The translations under genes and the position numbers were made by a program. Below the pieces are notes generated by a model that searched no databases, had not been told where the DNA came from, and worked only from the letters and a program-made list of their open reading frames with translations. 64,000 bases of DNA, taken from Vicinamibacterales bacterium. Its GTDB lineage: Bacteria > Acidobacteriota > Vicinamibacteria > Vicinamibacterales > SCN-69-37. Positions 17,634 to 28,688 of this stretch are shown one piece after another. Position 1 is the stretch's first letter; each line of letters starts with the position of its first letter. Location of the stretch: NCBI GenBank assembly GCA_046597705.1, contig JBKJJZ010000126.1:857-64856 (forward strand), in the 5' to 3' direction.

Positions 17634-18107
17634 CTATTTTCGGAGCGCCTGGACCTTCGCGATGATCGAGGTCGTGGACCAGCCTTGTTCCACCGGCATC
17701 AGCACGACCTTGCCGCCTCGGGCCTCCACGGTGTCGCGGCCGACGATCTTGTCGGGCGCCCAATCTGCGCCCTTCACCAGTACGTCGGGTTGGACCGCAC
17801 CGATGATCTCGGCAGGGGTCTCTTCGTCAAAGATGACAACGGCATCAACGCACGCGAGGGCACCCAGCACTTCGGCGCGTTCAGCTTCTGTTGTCAGCGG
17901 GCGAGTGGGCCCCTTGATGGCACTGACGGAGCGATCGGAGTTGATCGCGACGAGCAAAACATCGCCCTGCGCACGTGCTGCTTGAAGATACCGAACGTGG
18001 CCGGGATGAAGCACGTCAAAAACGCCGTTCGTGATGACGACCTTCTTACCGGCGGCTCGAGCTTGATCCGCCCACTGGGCGGCAGCGGATCGCGATTCAA
18101 GAAACAC
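17634..18107 (-). CDS. Cytidylyltransferase-like D-beta-D-heptose-1-phosphate adenylyltransferase (RfaE domain II type)
   Basis: The pattern VVITNGVFDVLHPGHVRYL...LLVAINSD.S matches the stand-alone HldE domain II, and the protein is 157 aa. Confidence 0.7.
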   Translation of the reverse strand: MFLESRSAAAQWADQARAAGKKVVITNGVFDVLHPGHVRYLQAARAQGDVLLVAINSDRSVSAIKGPTRPLTTEAERAEVLGALACVDAVVIFDEETPAEIIGAVQPDVLVKGADWAPDKIVGRDTVEARGGKVVLMPVEQGWSTTSIIAKVQALRK

Positions 18108-18142
18108 GACAGTCAGAGTAACGCATGTTTGTTGGTGCCGCG

Positions 18143-18595
18143 TCAGTCGTCGGTGCCGAGTTCGACGCCATCAAGCACGAGTCGGTCCAAAGCGGCAACG
18201 TGATCGAAATCATGATCGAACGTCAGCAGACATGCACCTTGGTCGATGGCGCATGCGGCGATCCAGATGTCATTGACTGGAATCGGTGTCCCTGCTCGTT
18301 TCAGGGCGGCGTAGACGCGGCCGTAATGCCTCGCGACGGTGTCATCGACGGCGATGATTCTGACGAAGGACTCCGCCAGAAACTCGCTGAGCGCCACGCG
18401 GTTCTCCCTTGTGCGGGAACCCAATTCGAACCCGCCGTGAAGCTCACCCAACACCGGAGCCGGCACCATAACTGTCTCGGCCTCGGCAATCAGGTCACGA
18501 ACGCGGGTGTCGCCCGCGCGAAACCGGGAGTAAGCCGACGTATCGAGCACTAGACGCGGAATGCGCTCGGCTTTAGCGCCAGAGATCAAGGTCAA
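18143..18595 (-). CDS. vapC: PIN-domain toxin VapC
   Basis: LVLDTSAY...NDIWIAACA...LLTFDHDF carries the acidic residues typical of PIN domains. The start is ambiguous (TTG 18595 or GTG 18550). Confidence 0.8.
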   Translation of the reverse strand: MTLISGAKAERIPRLVLDTSAYSRFRAGDTRVRDLIAEAETVMVPAPVLGELHGGFELGSRTRENRVALSEFLAESFVRIIAVDDTVARHYGRVYAALKRAGTPIPVNDIWIAACAIDQGACLLTFDHDFDHVAALDRLVLDGVELGTDD

Positions 18596-18815
18596 TCACC
18601 CGCTGCGATCTGAGCGCCCCATCGAACTCTTTCAGGTCCGCGGGTGACCACGTCATGTACCGCTCCAGGCGCCCTCGCCTCGCCTCAATGCCCACGGCCT
18701 CTTCAAGAATGCGAAGGGCAACCGTGTTGACGCTCTGTCCTTTGCCCTTTCCCAGGTTGGTCAGACGCCGATTCAGTTCGTCGGTGACTCCTCTAATCGT
18801 GAGCTGCGAGGCCAT
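18573..18815 (-). CDS. vapB: Ribbon-helix-helix antitoxin (VapB/FitA-like)
   Basis: The N-terminal LTIRGVTDELNRRL...NTVALRILEE segment is an RHH pattern. The gene lies immediately upstream of vapC and overlaps it. Confidence 0.65.
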   Translation of the reverse strand: MASQLTIRGVTDELNRRLTNLGKGKGQSVNTVALRILEEAVGIEARRGRLERYMTWSPADLKEFDGALRSQRVIDLDLWR

Positions 18816-18843
18816 GCCTGCATGGTAGCATTATTGTGCATTC

Positions 18844-19545
18844 ATGGCTTCGAACCAAGCCACTCGACTCATGATGCTGTTCGTCGTCTCGGGTGCGGCT
18901 GCCGTTGGCTTTCTGTCGTCGGTAGTCATGCTGTGGATGGGGCTGCGCTACATGCCTGTGCGATACGCCCTCGCCAGCTTCGCGGGTTATGGGGCGTTTC
19001 TCTTTCTCATGAGCCGATGGCTTGGCCACCACCGTTCGGCCTTGCTCGACGGCATTACCGACATCGCCAACCCGCTCGATCTGCCCGGGGGCCTTCTCCG
19101 CGGCGGTTCGCGCACGGTGGGCCGGGCGACGGACGGTCTGTTTCGAGGCGGACGGTCGGGAGGTGGTGGCGCCAGCGCGTCGTTTGACTCAGTCGGTGCG
19201 CCGCCGCCAGTGAACCCGGGGAGTTCCAAAGGCTTCTCCCTGGATCTCGACGATGCGGATGGCGTACTGCCCGTTGTCGCAGTGATCGCGATCATTGCGA
19301 GCCTTGTCGCGTGCGCCAGCGTGGTTTGGCAGGCCCCGCAAATGCTGACTGAGCTGTTGGCTGATGGCGCCGCTGCCGGCGCGGCCTACAAAGGCCTGCG
19401 CGCATCATCCGGCGACTGGACGTTCGGTGTGATCCGTCGCACGTGGCTTCCGGCCGCGGCCATCATCGTCACGTTTGTCCTGCTCGGAGTGGCCGGACAC
19501 TATTTCCATCCGGGAGCCGATTCGATCGCGGACTTCTTCCGATAG
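18844..19545 (+). CDS. Hypothetical membrane protein (N- and C-terminal TM helices around a Gly/Arg-rich loop)
   Basis: Hydrophobic segments LMMLFVVSGAAAVGFLSSVVMLWM, ALASFAGYGAFLFLM and VVAVIAIIASLVACA. No family recognised. It is divergent from vapB with a 28-bp gap. Confidence 0.45.
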   Translation: MASNQATRLMMLFVVSGAAAVGFLSSVVMLWMGLRYMPVRYALASFAGYGAFLFLMSRWLGHHRSALLDGITDIANPLDLPGGLLRGGSRTVGRATDGLFRGGRSGGGGASASFDSVGAPPPVNPGSSKGFSLDLDDADGVLPVVAVIAIIASLVACASVVWQAPQMLTELLADGAAAGAAYKGLRASSGDWTFGVIRRTWLPAAAIIVTFVLLGVAGHYFHPGADSIADFFR

Positions 19546-19585
19546 CTTTGTTTGGAGTGGATTCGACGCTTCGAACTTCGCCGAG

Positions 19586-19713
19586 TGTAGCCGCCAGAAG
19601 GTGCGATACGTAGGGCGTCCCTTCAGGGGCGCCGTGAATTGGCGCGGCTAAAGCCACGCCCTACGCACTACAGGCAAGTGAGGAAGGTGGCGCTCCTAAA
19701 GGGACGCCATACG
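19586..19713. repeat. REPIN doublet (19610..19664) with a 24-nt flanking extension and a degenerate single REP (19688..19713)
   Basis: GTAGGGCGTCCCTTCAGGGGCGCC-GTGAATT-GGCGCGGCTAAAGCCACGCCCTAC. The flanking TAGCCGCCAGAAGGTGCGAT matches the extension seen at 30.5-31.0 kb. Confidence 0.8.
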
Positions 19714-19718
19714 TACTT

Positions 19719-21044
19719 CTACTTCAGCGGTTTGAACTTCACCGCCGGCGAAAAGCTCCAGCGATGCTTGGGGCGATAGATGCCGCCGTCCTTGATGCGG
19801 GACTTCACGCGGAAGGTGTGGAGCAGGCGATGGTAGTCGTACGGAGCGCCGTCGCGCCTGTGAACCGCAACATCGAGTTTGTATGTGCCTTCGACCAGGT
19901 CGAGCGAGTCCATGTCGAGTGTGACCAGGACCTCGCCTTCGAGCCGATCAGATTCCATCTCCTCGATGTCCGTGTTGGTGCCGTAGACAAGTACGCCATC
20001 GGGAGTGAAGAGGCCGATGCCAAAGACGAAGTCGCGCACCGGCGCAGCCGCCTTCACGCCAAGAACGACCCGCATGGCCTCGCCGGTGTGAAACACTTGA
20101 GTGGCCAGACCGGCCGTGTCCTGGAACGCGACCGAGGTAATCTCCACGCCGCCTGACCCCCATCGGCCTTCTCCGGCCTGGCTCATGTCGGCGTGGTGCT
20201 CTTCCACCGCCACCGGTCCCTTGGGTTCGGCCTGGCCCGCGGCTCCGGCGTGCTGGCGTGATTTCTCATCGCTGGCTGCCAGGAAGCGCTCTTCCTGCCT
20301 GGCGACCTCGGTCACATAGCTGCCAATCACGCGCTGCGGATCGCCTTCAGCTTTCTTGACGCCCGAATCGAGCCACACGGCTTCATCGCAGAACCGCTCA
20401 ACCAGGCCCAGTGAGTGCGTCACCAGGAGAATCGTCTTGCCTCTGCGCTTGAACTCGCCGAACTTGTCGAGACACTTGTGCGTGAAACCTTCATCCCCCA
20501 CCGCGAGCACTTCGTCCACGAGCAGGACATCCGGATCGACGTGAATCGCAACGGCAAAACCCAGGCGCATGTACATGCCCGAGGAGTAGGTCTTGACGGG
20601 CGCATCGATGAATTCCGTCAGCTCGGCAAATTCCACGATCTCGTCAAAGCGATTCTGAATCTCCCGCTTCGACAATCCCAGCATGATGCCGTTGATAAAG
20701 ACGTTCTCGCGGCCGGAAATCTCGGGATGAAAACCTGCACCCAACTCGATGAGCGCCGAGATTCGGCCGTCAACTGTGACAGTGCCGGAAGTGGGCTTGG
20801 TGATGCCGGCAACCAGCTTCAACGTCGTGCTTTTGCCAGAGCCGTTGCGGCCGACGACACCGAACGTCGATCCTTTCGGCACGGTAAACGAAACGTCGTT
20901 GAGCGCCTGAAAGGTCTCCTCAACTCGCAGCCGCCGTACAAGATCGCCTGAAAGCAGCGCGCTCTTGAGCGTGGAAAATCGCCGGCCGCCGTAACGGCGA
21001 TAGATCTTGGTCGTGTGCGAGAGCGTGATGGCCGGCTGGCTCAC
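19719..21044 (-). CDS. ABC exporter ATPase of the Wzt/TagH type (polysaccharide or teichoic-acid export) with a C-terminal beta-rich domain
   Basis: Walker A GRNGSGKST, signature SSGMYMRL, Walker B LLVDE, and a C-terminal extension of about 150 aa as in Wzt. Confidence 0.85.
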   Translation of the reverse strand: MSQPAITLSHTTKIYRRYGGRRFSTLKSALLSGDLVRRLRVEETFQALNDVSFTVPKGSTFGVVGRNGSGKSTTLKLVAGITKPTSGTVTVDGRISALIELGAGFHPEISGRENVFINGIMLGLSKREIQNRFDEIVEFAELTEFIDAPVKTYSSGMYMRLGFAVAIHVDPDVLLVDEVLAVGDEGFTHKCLDKFGEFKRRGKTILLVTHSLGLVERFCDEAVWLDSGVKKAEGDPQRVIGSYVTEVARQEERFLAASDEKSRQHAGAAGQAEPKGPVAVEEHHADMSQAGEGRWGSGGVEITSVAFQDTAGLATQVFHTGEAMRVVLGVKAAAPVRDFVFGIGLFTPDGVLVYGTNTDIEEMESDRLEGEVLVTLDMDSLDLVEGTYKLDVAVHRRDGAPYDYHRLLHTFRVKSRIKDGGIYRPKHRWSFSPAVKFKPLK

Positions 21045-21841
21045 ACGGCCTCCGCGAACGAATCCCGCAGTCGATCAAAGAACCAGTACGCGGCAAGAAA
21101 CAGCACCACCGAGACACCGCCCAGCGCCAGCAGCCATTGCCAATGGCCGAATCCGCCGTCAAAGAAGAGGACTTCCTGATACGAGATTGCCAGATGCGTG
21201 AATGGATTCGCGTCGAAGTACTTCTTGTAGCCCGGGAACTCGTCGAATAGCGGTTTATACCAGTAGATGATCGGCGTCGCGAAGAACCAGAACGTCAAGA
21301 GGTTCGACACAAGGTCTTTCACGTCTCTGAAGTGGACGGCCAGCGCGGAAAGAAACAGCGACAGCGCCGTCGTGAAGAGAAACTGAATCGCGACGATCAC
21401 GAAGAACCAGGGCAGTTGCGGCCAGTCCGGCGTCACCTGATACCAGATCATGAACGCGATCAGGATGGGCAGTCCGAACAGGAAATGCATCATGTTCGAC
21501 AGGATCGTGACTATCGGCAGCACTTCGGCAGGGAAGAGCACTTTCTTGATCAGATTGCCGCCGGCAATCAGCGATCCCGTGGCTTCATTCAATGATGACT
21601 GGAACCACGTCCACGGCAGGAGCGCGGTAAACATGAACACCGCGTACGGCTGGACACCCTCCGCGCGGTTCTTGAGGATGTTGGCAAAAACGAAACTGTA
21701 GATCAGAAGCAGCAGCAGCGGATTGACGAACGACCAGAAGAATCCGAGAAAGGATCCGCGGTAACGTGCCTTCAGGTCCCGCGACACCAGGCTCTGTATC
21801 AGGCCCCGGTACCGCAGGAGATTCCTGAGGTTATGCCACAT
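21041..21841 (-). CDS. ABC-2 type exporter permease (Wzm/TagG type)
   Basis: A six-TM ABC-2 pattern. There is a 4-nt overlap with the downstream ATPase gene. Confidence 0.85.
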   Translation of the reverse strand: MWHNLRNLLRYRGLIQSLVSRDLKARYRGSFLGFFWSFVNPLLLLLIYSFVFANILKNRAEGVQPYAVFMFTALLPWTWFQSSLNEATGSLIAGGNLIKKVLFPAEVLPIVTILSNMMHFLFGLPILIAFMIWYQVTPDWPQLPWFFVIVAIQFLFTTALSLFLSALAVHFRDVKDLVSNLLTFWFFATPIIYWYKPLFDEFPGYKKYFDANPFTHLAISYQEVLFFDGGFGHWQWLLALGGVSVVLFLAAYWFFDRLRDSFAEAV

Positions 21842-22616
21842 CCGCCTGTCCGCCGATCTCGACCAGTATCACGGTGATGTTGTCGGGACCGCCGGCGTCG
21901 TTTGCCGCTTCAATGAGGGCATCCGCACATGTCGCGATGTCTCTGGTCTGATTCATCAGTTCTGCCAGACGGGCAGGCTGCACGACCGAGGACAACCCGT
22001 CGGAACAGACCAGCATCCGATCGCCGGGCTTGAGCAGCACTTCCAACACATCCACTTCGGGATCATCGCCGCCGGAAATCGCCCGCGTGACCACGTTTCT
22101 CCATGGATGCCGCTGCGCGTCGTCGTCGGTCAGTACGCCTGCACGAACCTGCTCGCCGACCCAGGAATGATCGGCCGTCAGTTGTCGCAGCTCGCCGTCG
22201 CGGCGCTGATAGACGCGACTGTCGCCCACGTGGGCGACCTGAGCCATGCCGGCTGGTTGCAGAAGGATGGCCACGGCCGTGGTGGCCATGCCTTTCAGTT
22301 CCGGGCTCTCGGTAATAGCGCTCGCCACACGTTTGTTCGCCAGGCGGAACGCGGCCACCAGGCGATTGGCGGCCAGCGACTTGCCGGTGTCATACGGAAA
22401 GGGCCAGGTCTGATTGATGTCGGCGTGCTTGGTGTCGTCGATGAACGACTCGATCACCTGGACGGTGAGGCGCGAGGCGACCTCGCCGGCTTCGTGGCCG
22501 CCCATGCCGTCGGCCACCACGTACAGACCAAGGTCCGGCCGTTCGCGGAAAGCATCTTCATTGCCTTCCCGTCGAAGCCCGGTGTGGGTGACGGCGACCG
22601 AAGAAATCTGAGGCAT
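21831..22616 (-). CDS. PP2C-family Ser/Thr protein phosphatase
   Basis: Motifs REGNEDAF...VADGMGGHEAGEVAS...DDITVILV. The start is set at MPQISSV (22616), 2 nt after the atpC stop. Confidence 0.85.
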   Translation of the reverse strand: MPQISSVAVTHTGLRREGNEDAFRERPDLGLYVVADGMGGHEAGEVASRLTVQVIESFIDDTKHADINQTWPFPYDTGKSLAANRLVAAFRLANKRVASAITESPELKGMATTAVAILLQPAGMAQVAHVGDSRVYQRRDGELRQLTADHSWVGEQVRAGVLTDDDAQRHPWRNVVTRAISGGDDPEVDVLEVLLKPGDRMLVCSDGLSSVVQPARLAELMNQTRDIATCADALIEAANDAGGPDNITVILVEIGGQADVA

Positions 22617-22618
22617 TG

Positions 22619-23050
22619 TCAGCTGCGGGTGCGCGCGTGCTGCGAAACCTGAAGGCGACTGATCGCCCTGAGGAGGGCGATGCGTGCGCGCTCGTAGTCC
22701 ATCTCCGAGGCGCCGCGCGAGGCCGCGGCCAGCCGTTCTTCCGCGCGCCGTTTTGCGGCTTCGGCCCGCTGAAGATCGATGTCGTCCGCTTTCTCGGCAA
22801 TCCGCGCAAGGATGGTGACGCGGTCCGGCAGAATCTCGGCAAATCCAAACCCGACGAAGCCATAGAACTTCTCGCTGCCTTTGCGGTACCACATCTCGCC
22901 GACCTTGAGGCCGACCAGCATCGGGGTATGGCCGGGCAACACACCGAGAAAGCCCTCCTCACCCGGCAGGTACAACTCGTCCACTTCGTCGTGGACGATG
23001 GCCCGCTCCGGGGTCACGAACTCGAGACGAATCTTGGTGGGAATGGCCAT
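22619..23050 (-). CDS. atpC: F1 ATP synthase epsilon subunit
   Basis: The sequence resembles AtpC (PGEEGFLGVLPGHTPML), and the gene sits downstream of atpD. Confidence 0.9.
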   Translation of the reverse strand: MAIPTKIRLEFVTPERAIVHDEVDELYLPGEEGFLGVLPGHTPMLVGLKVGEMWYRKGSEKFYGFVGFGFAEILPDRVTILARIAEKADDIDLQRAEAAKRRAEERLAAASRGASEMDYERARIALLRAISRLQVSQHARTRS

Positions 23051-23071
23051 GGCTATCGTTCTACTGCGTCC

Positions 23072-24523
<1,452 letters not shown>

Positions 24524-24527
24524 CTAC

Positions 24528-25394
24528 CTATTGGGCCTGGGCGCCCGACACGACTTCGATGATTTCTCGCGTAATGGCGGCCTGACGAATCTTGTTCATC
24601 GTCAGGGTCAACCCCTCGATCATGTCGGCGGAGTTTCGCGTGGCCGCATCCATGGCGGTCATGCGCGCCGCATGTTCGGCTGCGGCTGATTCCAGCAGCG
24701 CGCGCAGGATCTGCGCTTCCACAAGCCGCGGCAGCAGTTCATCGAAAATGCGCTGCGGCGAGGGCTCATAAAGATAATCGATACCGCCGGCTTCTTCTTT
24801 GGTCAGCTCAATCGTCGCCATCGGCAGAAGCTGTTCGATCACCAGGCTCTGCTGCATCACGGACTTGAACTCGTTGTAAACCAGATGAACGCTGTCCACC
24901 TTGCCGCTCGTGAAATCTTCAATCGCCGGCTGCGCCACAGCCTCGGCTTCGGCAAACGAGATCACCTTCGGCAAGCCCGTGTATTCAAAGCGAATCGGGA
25001 AGCCACGGCGCCCAAGCGCTTCGCGGCCTTTCTTGCCCACAAGACCCAGCGCGGTTTCCCGTCCGGCGTTCGCGCGCAGGAACTGACCAACCGCCTTGAC
25101 AATGTTGGTGTTGAAGCTGCCGCACAAACCGCGGTCGCTTGTCATGACGATGAGCAGGGTCTTGCCGGTTTTCACGCCCGGGCGCTGCGCGAGCAGCGGA
25201 TGATTCGACTGATCCACGCGCGCCGCGATGCTGGCAAGGACGCGCCGTGCCTGAAGGGCAAACGGGCGGGTCGCCACGACGCGCTCCTGGGCGCGGCGCA
25301 GCTTCGACGCGGCAACCATCTTGAGCGCCTTCGTGATCTGCTGCGTGTTCTTGACGGCGCGCAGGCGCCGCCGCATGTCAATAAGTGACGGCAT
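24528..25394 (-). CDS. atpG: F1 ATP synthase gamma subunit
   Basis: Conserved termini (MPSLIDMRRRL...ITREIIEVVSGA) and its position between atpA and atpD. Confidence 0.95.
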   Translation of the reverse strand: MPSLIDMRRRLRAVKNTQQITKALKMVAASKLRRAQERVVATRPFALQARRVLASIAARVDQSNHPLLAQRPGVKTGKTLLIVMTSDRGLCGSFNTNIVKAVGQFLRANAGRETALGLVGKKGREALGRRGFPIRFEYTGLPKVISFAEAEAVAQPAIEDFTSGKVDSVHLVYNEFKSVMQQSLVIEQLLPMATIELTKEEAGGIDYLYEPSPQRIFDELLPRLVEAQILRALLESAAAEHAARMTAMDAATRNSADMIEGLTLTMNKIRQAAITREIIEVVSGAQAQ

Positions 25395-25399
25395 GGCCT

Positions 25400-26914
25400 T
25401 TACGCACTCGCGGCGAACTGCTTACCGAACTCCTCGAGCGCCGCCGACAATTGCGGCTTGATCTCGTCATCAAGGATTTTCTTTTCCGCGATGGCCGTGA
25501 GGACCGCGGGACGCTGGGTTTCAAGGAAGCGATACAGCTCTTCCTCGAAGACCCGCAGCCGTTCCACGGGCACGGCGTCCAGGTAACCGTTAACGGCGGC
25601 AAAGAGAATTGCCACCTGCTTCTCCACGGCGAGCGGCCGGTACTGCGGCTGCTTCAGGATCTCCGTCATGCGACGGCCGCGGTTGAGCTGCTTCTGTGTG
25701 GCGGGATCGAGGTCGCTGCCAAACTGCGCGAATGCCGCGAGCTCGCGATACTGCGCAAGATCCAGTCGAAGACTGCCGGCCACCTGACGCATGGCCTTGA
25801 CCTGCGCGGAACCGCCGACGCGCGACACCGAGTTACCGACGTTGATGGCCGGGCGGAAGCCCTGGTTGAACAAGTCGGCTTCAAGGAAGATCTGCCCGTC
25901 TGTTATCGAGATGACGTTGGTCGGGATGTACGCCGACAGGTCGCCGGCCTGCGTTTCGATGATGGGGAGCGCGGTGAGCGAACCACCGCCAAGCTCCGTC
26001 CTCAACTTCGCCGCACGCTCGAGCAGGCGCGAGTGCAGATAGAAGACGTCACCGGGATACGCTTCGCGGCCTGGCGGGCGCCGGAGCAGCAGCGAGATTT
26101 CGCGATACGCCTGCGCGTGCTTCGAAAGGTCGTCGTACACCAGCAGCGCGTGGCGGCCCGTGTCGCGGAAGAACTCGCCGATCGTGCACGCCGAGTACGG
26201 GCTGATATAGAGCATCGGCGCCGGGTCAGACGCGCCCGCCGCCACCACGATGGTGTATTCCATCGCGCCGGCTTCGTCGAGGGTGCGCACCACCTGCGCG
26301 ATCGTCGACTGCTTCTGGCCAATCGCGTTGTAGATGCAGATGACGCCAAGGCCCTTCTGATTGATGATGGCGTCGACGGCCACGGCGGTCTTGCCCGTCT
26401 GCCTGTCACCGATGATGAGTTCACGCTGGCCGCGGCCAATCGGCACCATGCCGTCGATGGCCTTGAGGCCGGTCTGCATCGGTTCCTTGACCGGCATGCG
26501 GTCAACGACGCCAGGCGCGATGCGCTCGATGGGCATCTGCTTCTTGGTGGCGATGGGTCCCTTGCCATCAATGGGCTGCCCCAGCGAATTGACCACGCGG
26601 CCGAGCATCTCGTCGCCGACGGGCACCGAGATGATGCGCCCCGTGCGCTTGACGATGTCGCCTTCCTTGATGGCGGTGGAACGGCCCAGCAGCACCGCGC
26701 CCACGCTCTCCTCTTCGAGGTTCAGCGCGATACCGAACAGGACGTTCGGGAATTCCAGCATCTCTCCGGCCATGGCCCGTTCCACGCCGTGAATGCGCGC
26801 GATGCCGTCGCCCACCGACACCACCGTTCCCACTTCCGCAACGTCGACATCAACGGCATAGTTGCCAATCTGGTCGCGGATGATCTTAGAAATTTCTTCG
26901 GCCTTGATCTGCAT
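25400..26914 (-). CDS. atpA: F1 ATP synthase alpha subunit
   Basis: P-loop GDRQTGKT; 504 aa. Confidence 0.97.
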   Translation of the reverse strand: MQIKAEEISKIIRDQIGNYAVDVDVAEVGTVVSVGDGIARIHGVERAMAGEMLEFPNVLFGIALNLEEESVGAVLLGRSTAIKEGDIVKRTGRIISVPVGDEMLGRVVNSLGQPIDGKGPIATKKQMPIERIAPGVVDRMPVKEPMQTGLKAIDGMVPIGRGQRELIIGDRQTGKTAVAVDAIINQKGLGVICIYNAIGQKQSTIAQVVRTLDEAGAMEYTIVVAAGASDPAPMLYISPYSACTIGEFFRDTGRHALLVYDDLSKHAQAYREISLLLRRPPGREAYPGDVFYLHSRLLERAAKLRTELGGGSLTALPIIETQAGDLSAYIPTNVISITDGQIFLEADLFNQGFRPAINVGNSVSRVGGSAQVKAMRQVAGSLRLDLAQYRELAAFAQFGSDLDPATQKQLNRGRRMTEILKQPQYRPLAVEKQVAILFAAVNGYLDAVPVERLRVFEEELYRFLETQRPAVLTAIAEKKILDDEIKPQLSAALEEFGKQFAASA

Positions 26915-26935
26915 CGGTACCTTCTCGCTTCTCGC

Positions 26936-27484
26936 CTACACGCGCGCCAGAAGCTGCTGGCGCATCTTTTCCAACTGCCGGGTCAGGCTGGCGTCGTATA
27001 CGACGCTGCCGACGCGGGCCACGATTCCGCCCATGATCGACGGATCCACTGATTCCTTGATTCGCACGTCGGCGCCAACCGCCGAACTCAATGCTTGCGC
27101 GAGCGCCGCGCGCTGACCATCGGGCAGCGCACTGGCCGTCACAATCTGTGCGTCCATCACCTTGCGATGCGCCATCAGCCGTTCGGTAAATGCGGCGGAG
27201 ACGTCGCCAATACTGCCCAGCCTGTCCCGCTCGGCCAGCATCAACAGCAGCCGTTTCACTTCGCCGGACAGATCAGGGCTGGCACTGAGGATCTGTTCGA
27301 CCAGCTCGCGCTTCTTCGCGGCCGCGATTGCCGGGTGCGCAAGCACGGTCTGAAGTTCGCGGTGACCCTCGACCAGCGCCACGAACGACTGCAACTCACC
27401 CTCAACCTTCCCGAGGTCGCCTTTTGACTGAACCACCTCAAAGAGCACCGCCGCATATCGGCGCGCGGCCGATCGGGCACTCAT
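26936..27484 (-). CDS. atpH: F1 ATP synthase delta (OSCP) subunit
   Basis: N-terminal RRYAAVLFEV, the OSCP pattern, and a position upstream of atpA. Confidence 0.85.
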   Translation of the reverse strand: MSARSAARRYAAVLFEVVQSKGDLGKVEGELQSFVALVEGHRELQTVLAHPAIAAAKKRELVEQILSASPDLSGEVKRLLLMLAERDRLGSIGDVSAAFTERLMAHRKVMDAQIVTASALPDGQRAALAQALSSAVGADVRIKESVDPSIMGGIVARVGSVVYDASLTRQLEKMRQQLLARV

Positions 27485-27585
27485 GAACGGGCTCCGGAAA
27501 TCGACAGGACGTTGGGGTCGGTGGCGCGTTCGGCGAGCACTAGGGGCCTTCCGCCGAGGCTGATCTGGCCCCAGCTAAACGAGCA

Positions 27586-27615
27586 TTTATACCATTCGGG
27601 CTGGAGGCGCGGCAA
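27586..27615 (-). promoter_or_regulatory. Sigma-70-like promoter candidate for atpH (TTGCCG - 18 nt - TATAAA)
   Basis: Read on the minus strand in the selD-atpH gap. There is no supporting data, and the spacing is one nt longer than optimal. Confidence 0.25.
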
Positions 27616-27643
27616 GGCAGGCCCCTGCTCCCGGGCGGCAAAT

Positions 27644-28687
27644 CTATCGAAGATGCACCAGAGTTCCGTCCGGTTCGCGCGCCTGGACGTTCCCGACGAC
27701 AGCGGCCGGCACACCCGCCGCGACGAGCTGGTCCAGGAACTCGGGCGCGGCCTCGGGTTCAACGCTGAACAGGAGCCCCCCCGAGGTCTGCGGGTCCATG
27801 GCGAGCAGGGTAATTTCAGCCAGAACGCCTGGGCCCACGTTGATTTGGCTGAAATGGCGCATGTTGGACCGGCCTCCGCAGGGCAGGTTCTGGGCGGCAA
27901 GATCCATGGCCCCTGGCAGCATGGGAATGCTGGCTGACTTGAAGGCGAGCGTGGTTCCGCTGGCCCTTGCAACTTCTGTTGCATGACCAAATAAACCAAA
28001 TCCGGTGATATCCGTGCAGGCCCTGACCGTCCCGAAGGGTAGTTGGGCGGCAATCCTGGCTGCAACATTGTTCAAAGTCACCATGGACTCAACAGCAGCA
28101 GCAAGTTGAACCTCTGTTGAACGACCAAATTTCGTAGCTCTGACCACAACCCCTGTTCCGATGGCCTTGGTGAGGATCAGGACATCCCCAGCGCGCGCGC
28201 CGGCGTTCGTCAGCACTCGCTTGGGATGAACGTGGCCGGTGACCGAATAGCCGAACTTCACCTCAGGGTCGCTGACCGTGTGTCCGCCCAGAAGGGCAAC
28301 GCCGGCCTCTCGAAGTTTGTCGGCCCCCCCGCGGAAGATCGCTCGAACAACATCTGGAGCGGGACCGTCTTTGGGCAGCGCCGCGATGGCCAGAGCTGTC
28401 CGCGGTTCTCCGCCCATCGCGTACACATCGCTCAGCGCATTGGCCGCGGCGATCTGGCCAAACACATACGGGTCGTCCACGATGGGCGTGAAGAAATCCA
28501 CGGTCTGCACCAGGGCCGATTCATCGGACCACCGGTAGACGCCGGCATCATCGGCGGTCTGGAAATCCACCAGCACGCGATCATCAAGATGAGCGTGTGG
28601 AAGCCCCTCGAGGATCAGATCGAGATCAGCCGCCTGGAACTTGCTGGCGCAGCCCGCGCATTCGGCGTAGTCAGTAAGGTTCTTCAC
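27644..28687 (-). CDS. selD: Selenide, water dikinase (selenophosphate synthetase), Cys-type
   Basis: N-terminal ECAGCASK motif and a PurM/AIR-synthase-like fold. The GTG start lies 1 nt after the parB stop. Confidence 0.85.
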   Translation of the reverse strand: MKNLTDYAECAGCASKFQAADLDLILEGLPHAHLDDRVLVDFQTADDAGVYRWSDESALVQTVDFFTPIVDDPYVFGQIAAANALSDVYAMGGEPRTALAIAALPKDGPAPDVVRAIFRGGADKLREAGVALLGGHTVSDPEVKFGYSVTGHVHPKRVLTNAGARAGDVLILTKAIGTGVVVRATKFGRSTEVQLAAAVESMVTLNNVAARIAAQLPFGTVRACTDITGFGLFGHATEVARASGTTLAFKSASIPMLPGAMDLAAQNLPCGGRSNMRHFSQINVGPGVLAEITLLAMDPQTSGGLLFSVEPEAAPEFLDQLVAAGVPAAVVGNVQAREPDGTLVHLR

Positions 28688-28688
28688 G

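Noticed and set aside
17575-17763. N-terminal 63-codon extension of the mfd ORF (MGARQDRRPRHRGG...)
   Set aside because: The extension is Arg/Gly-rich, translates a REP unit (APLKGRPT) and overlaps the upstream gene's 3' end. Mfd homology begins near residue 64 or later, so a later non-ATG start is more likely.
22221-22238. Perfect 18-bp palindrome GTCGCCCACGTGGGCGAC, which shares the CACGTG core with parS
   Set aside because: It lies inside the PP2C phosphatase coding sequence (encoding VAHVGDS). Its arms do not resemble parS (GTTTCAC). One such palindrome in 64 kb of GC-rich DNA is not very improbable by chance.
25385-27052. 555-aa plus-strand ORF, one of the longest ORFs listed in this region
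   Set aside because: It lies entirely antisense to atpA (and part of atpH/atpG), whose products are unmistakable. Long shadow ORFs are expected in high-GC DNA. Its translation is low-complexity and Arg/His/Asp-rich.
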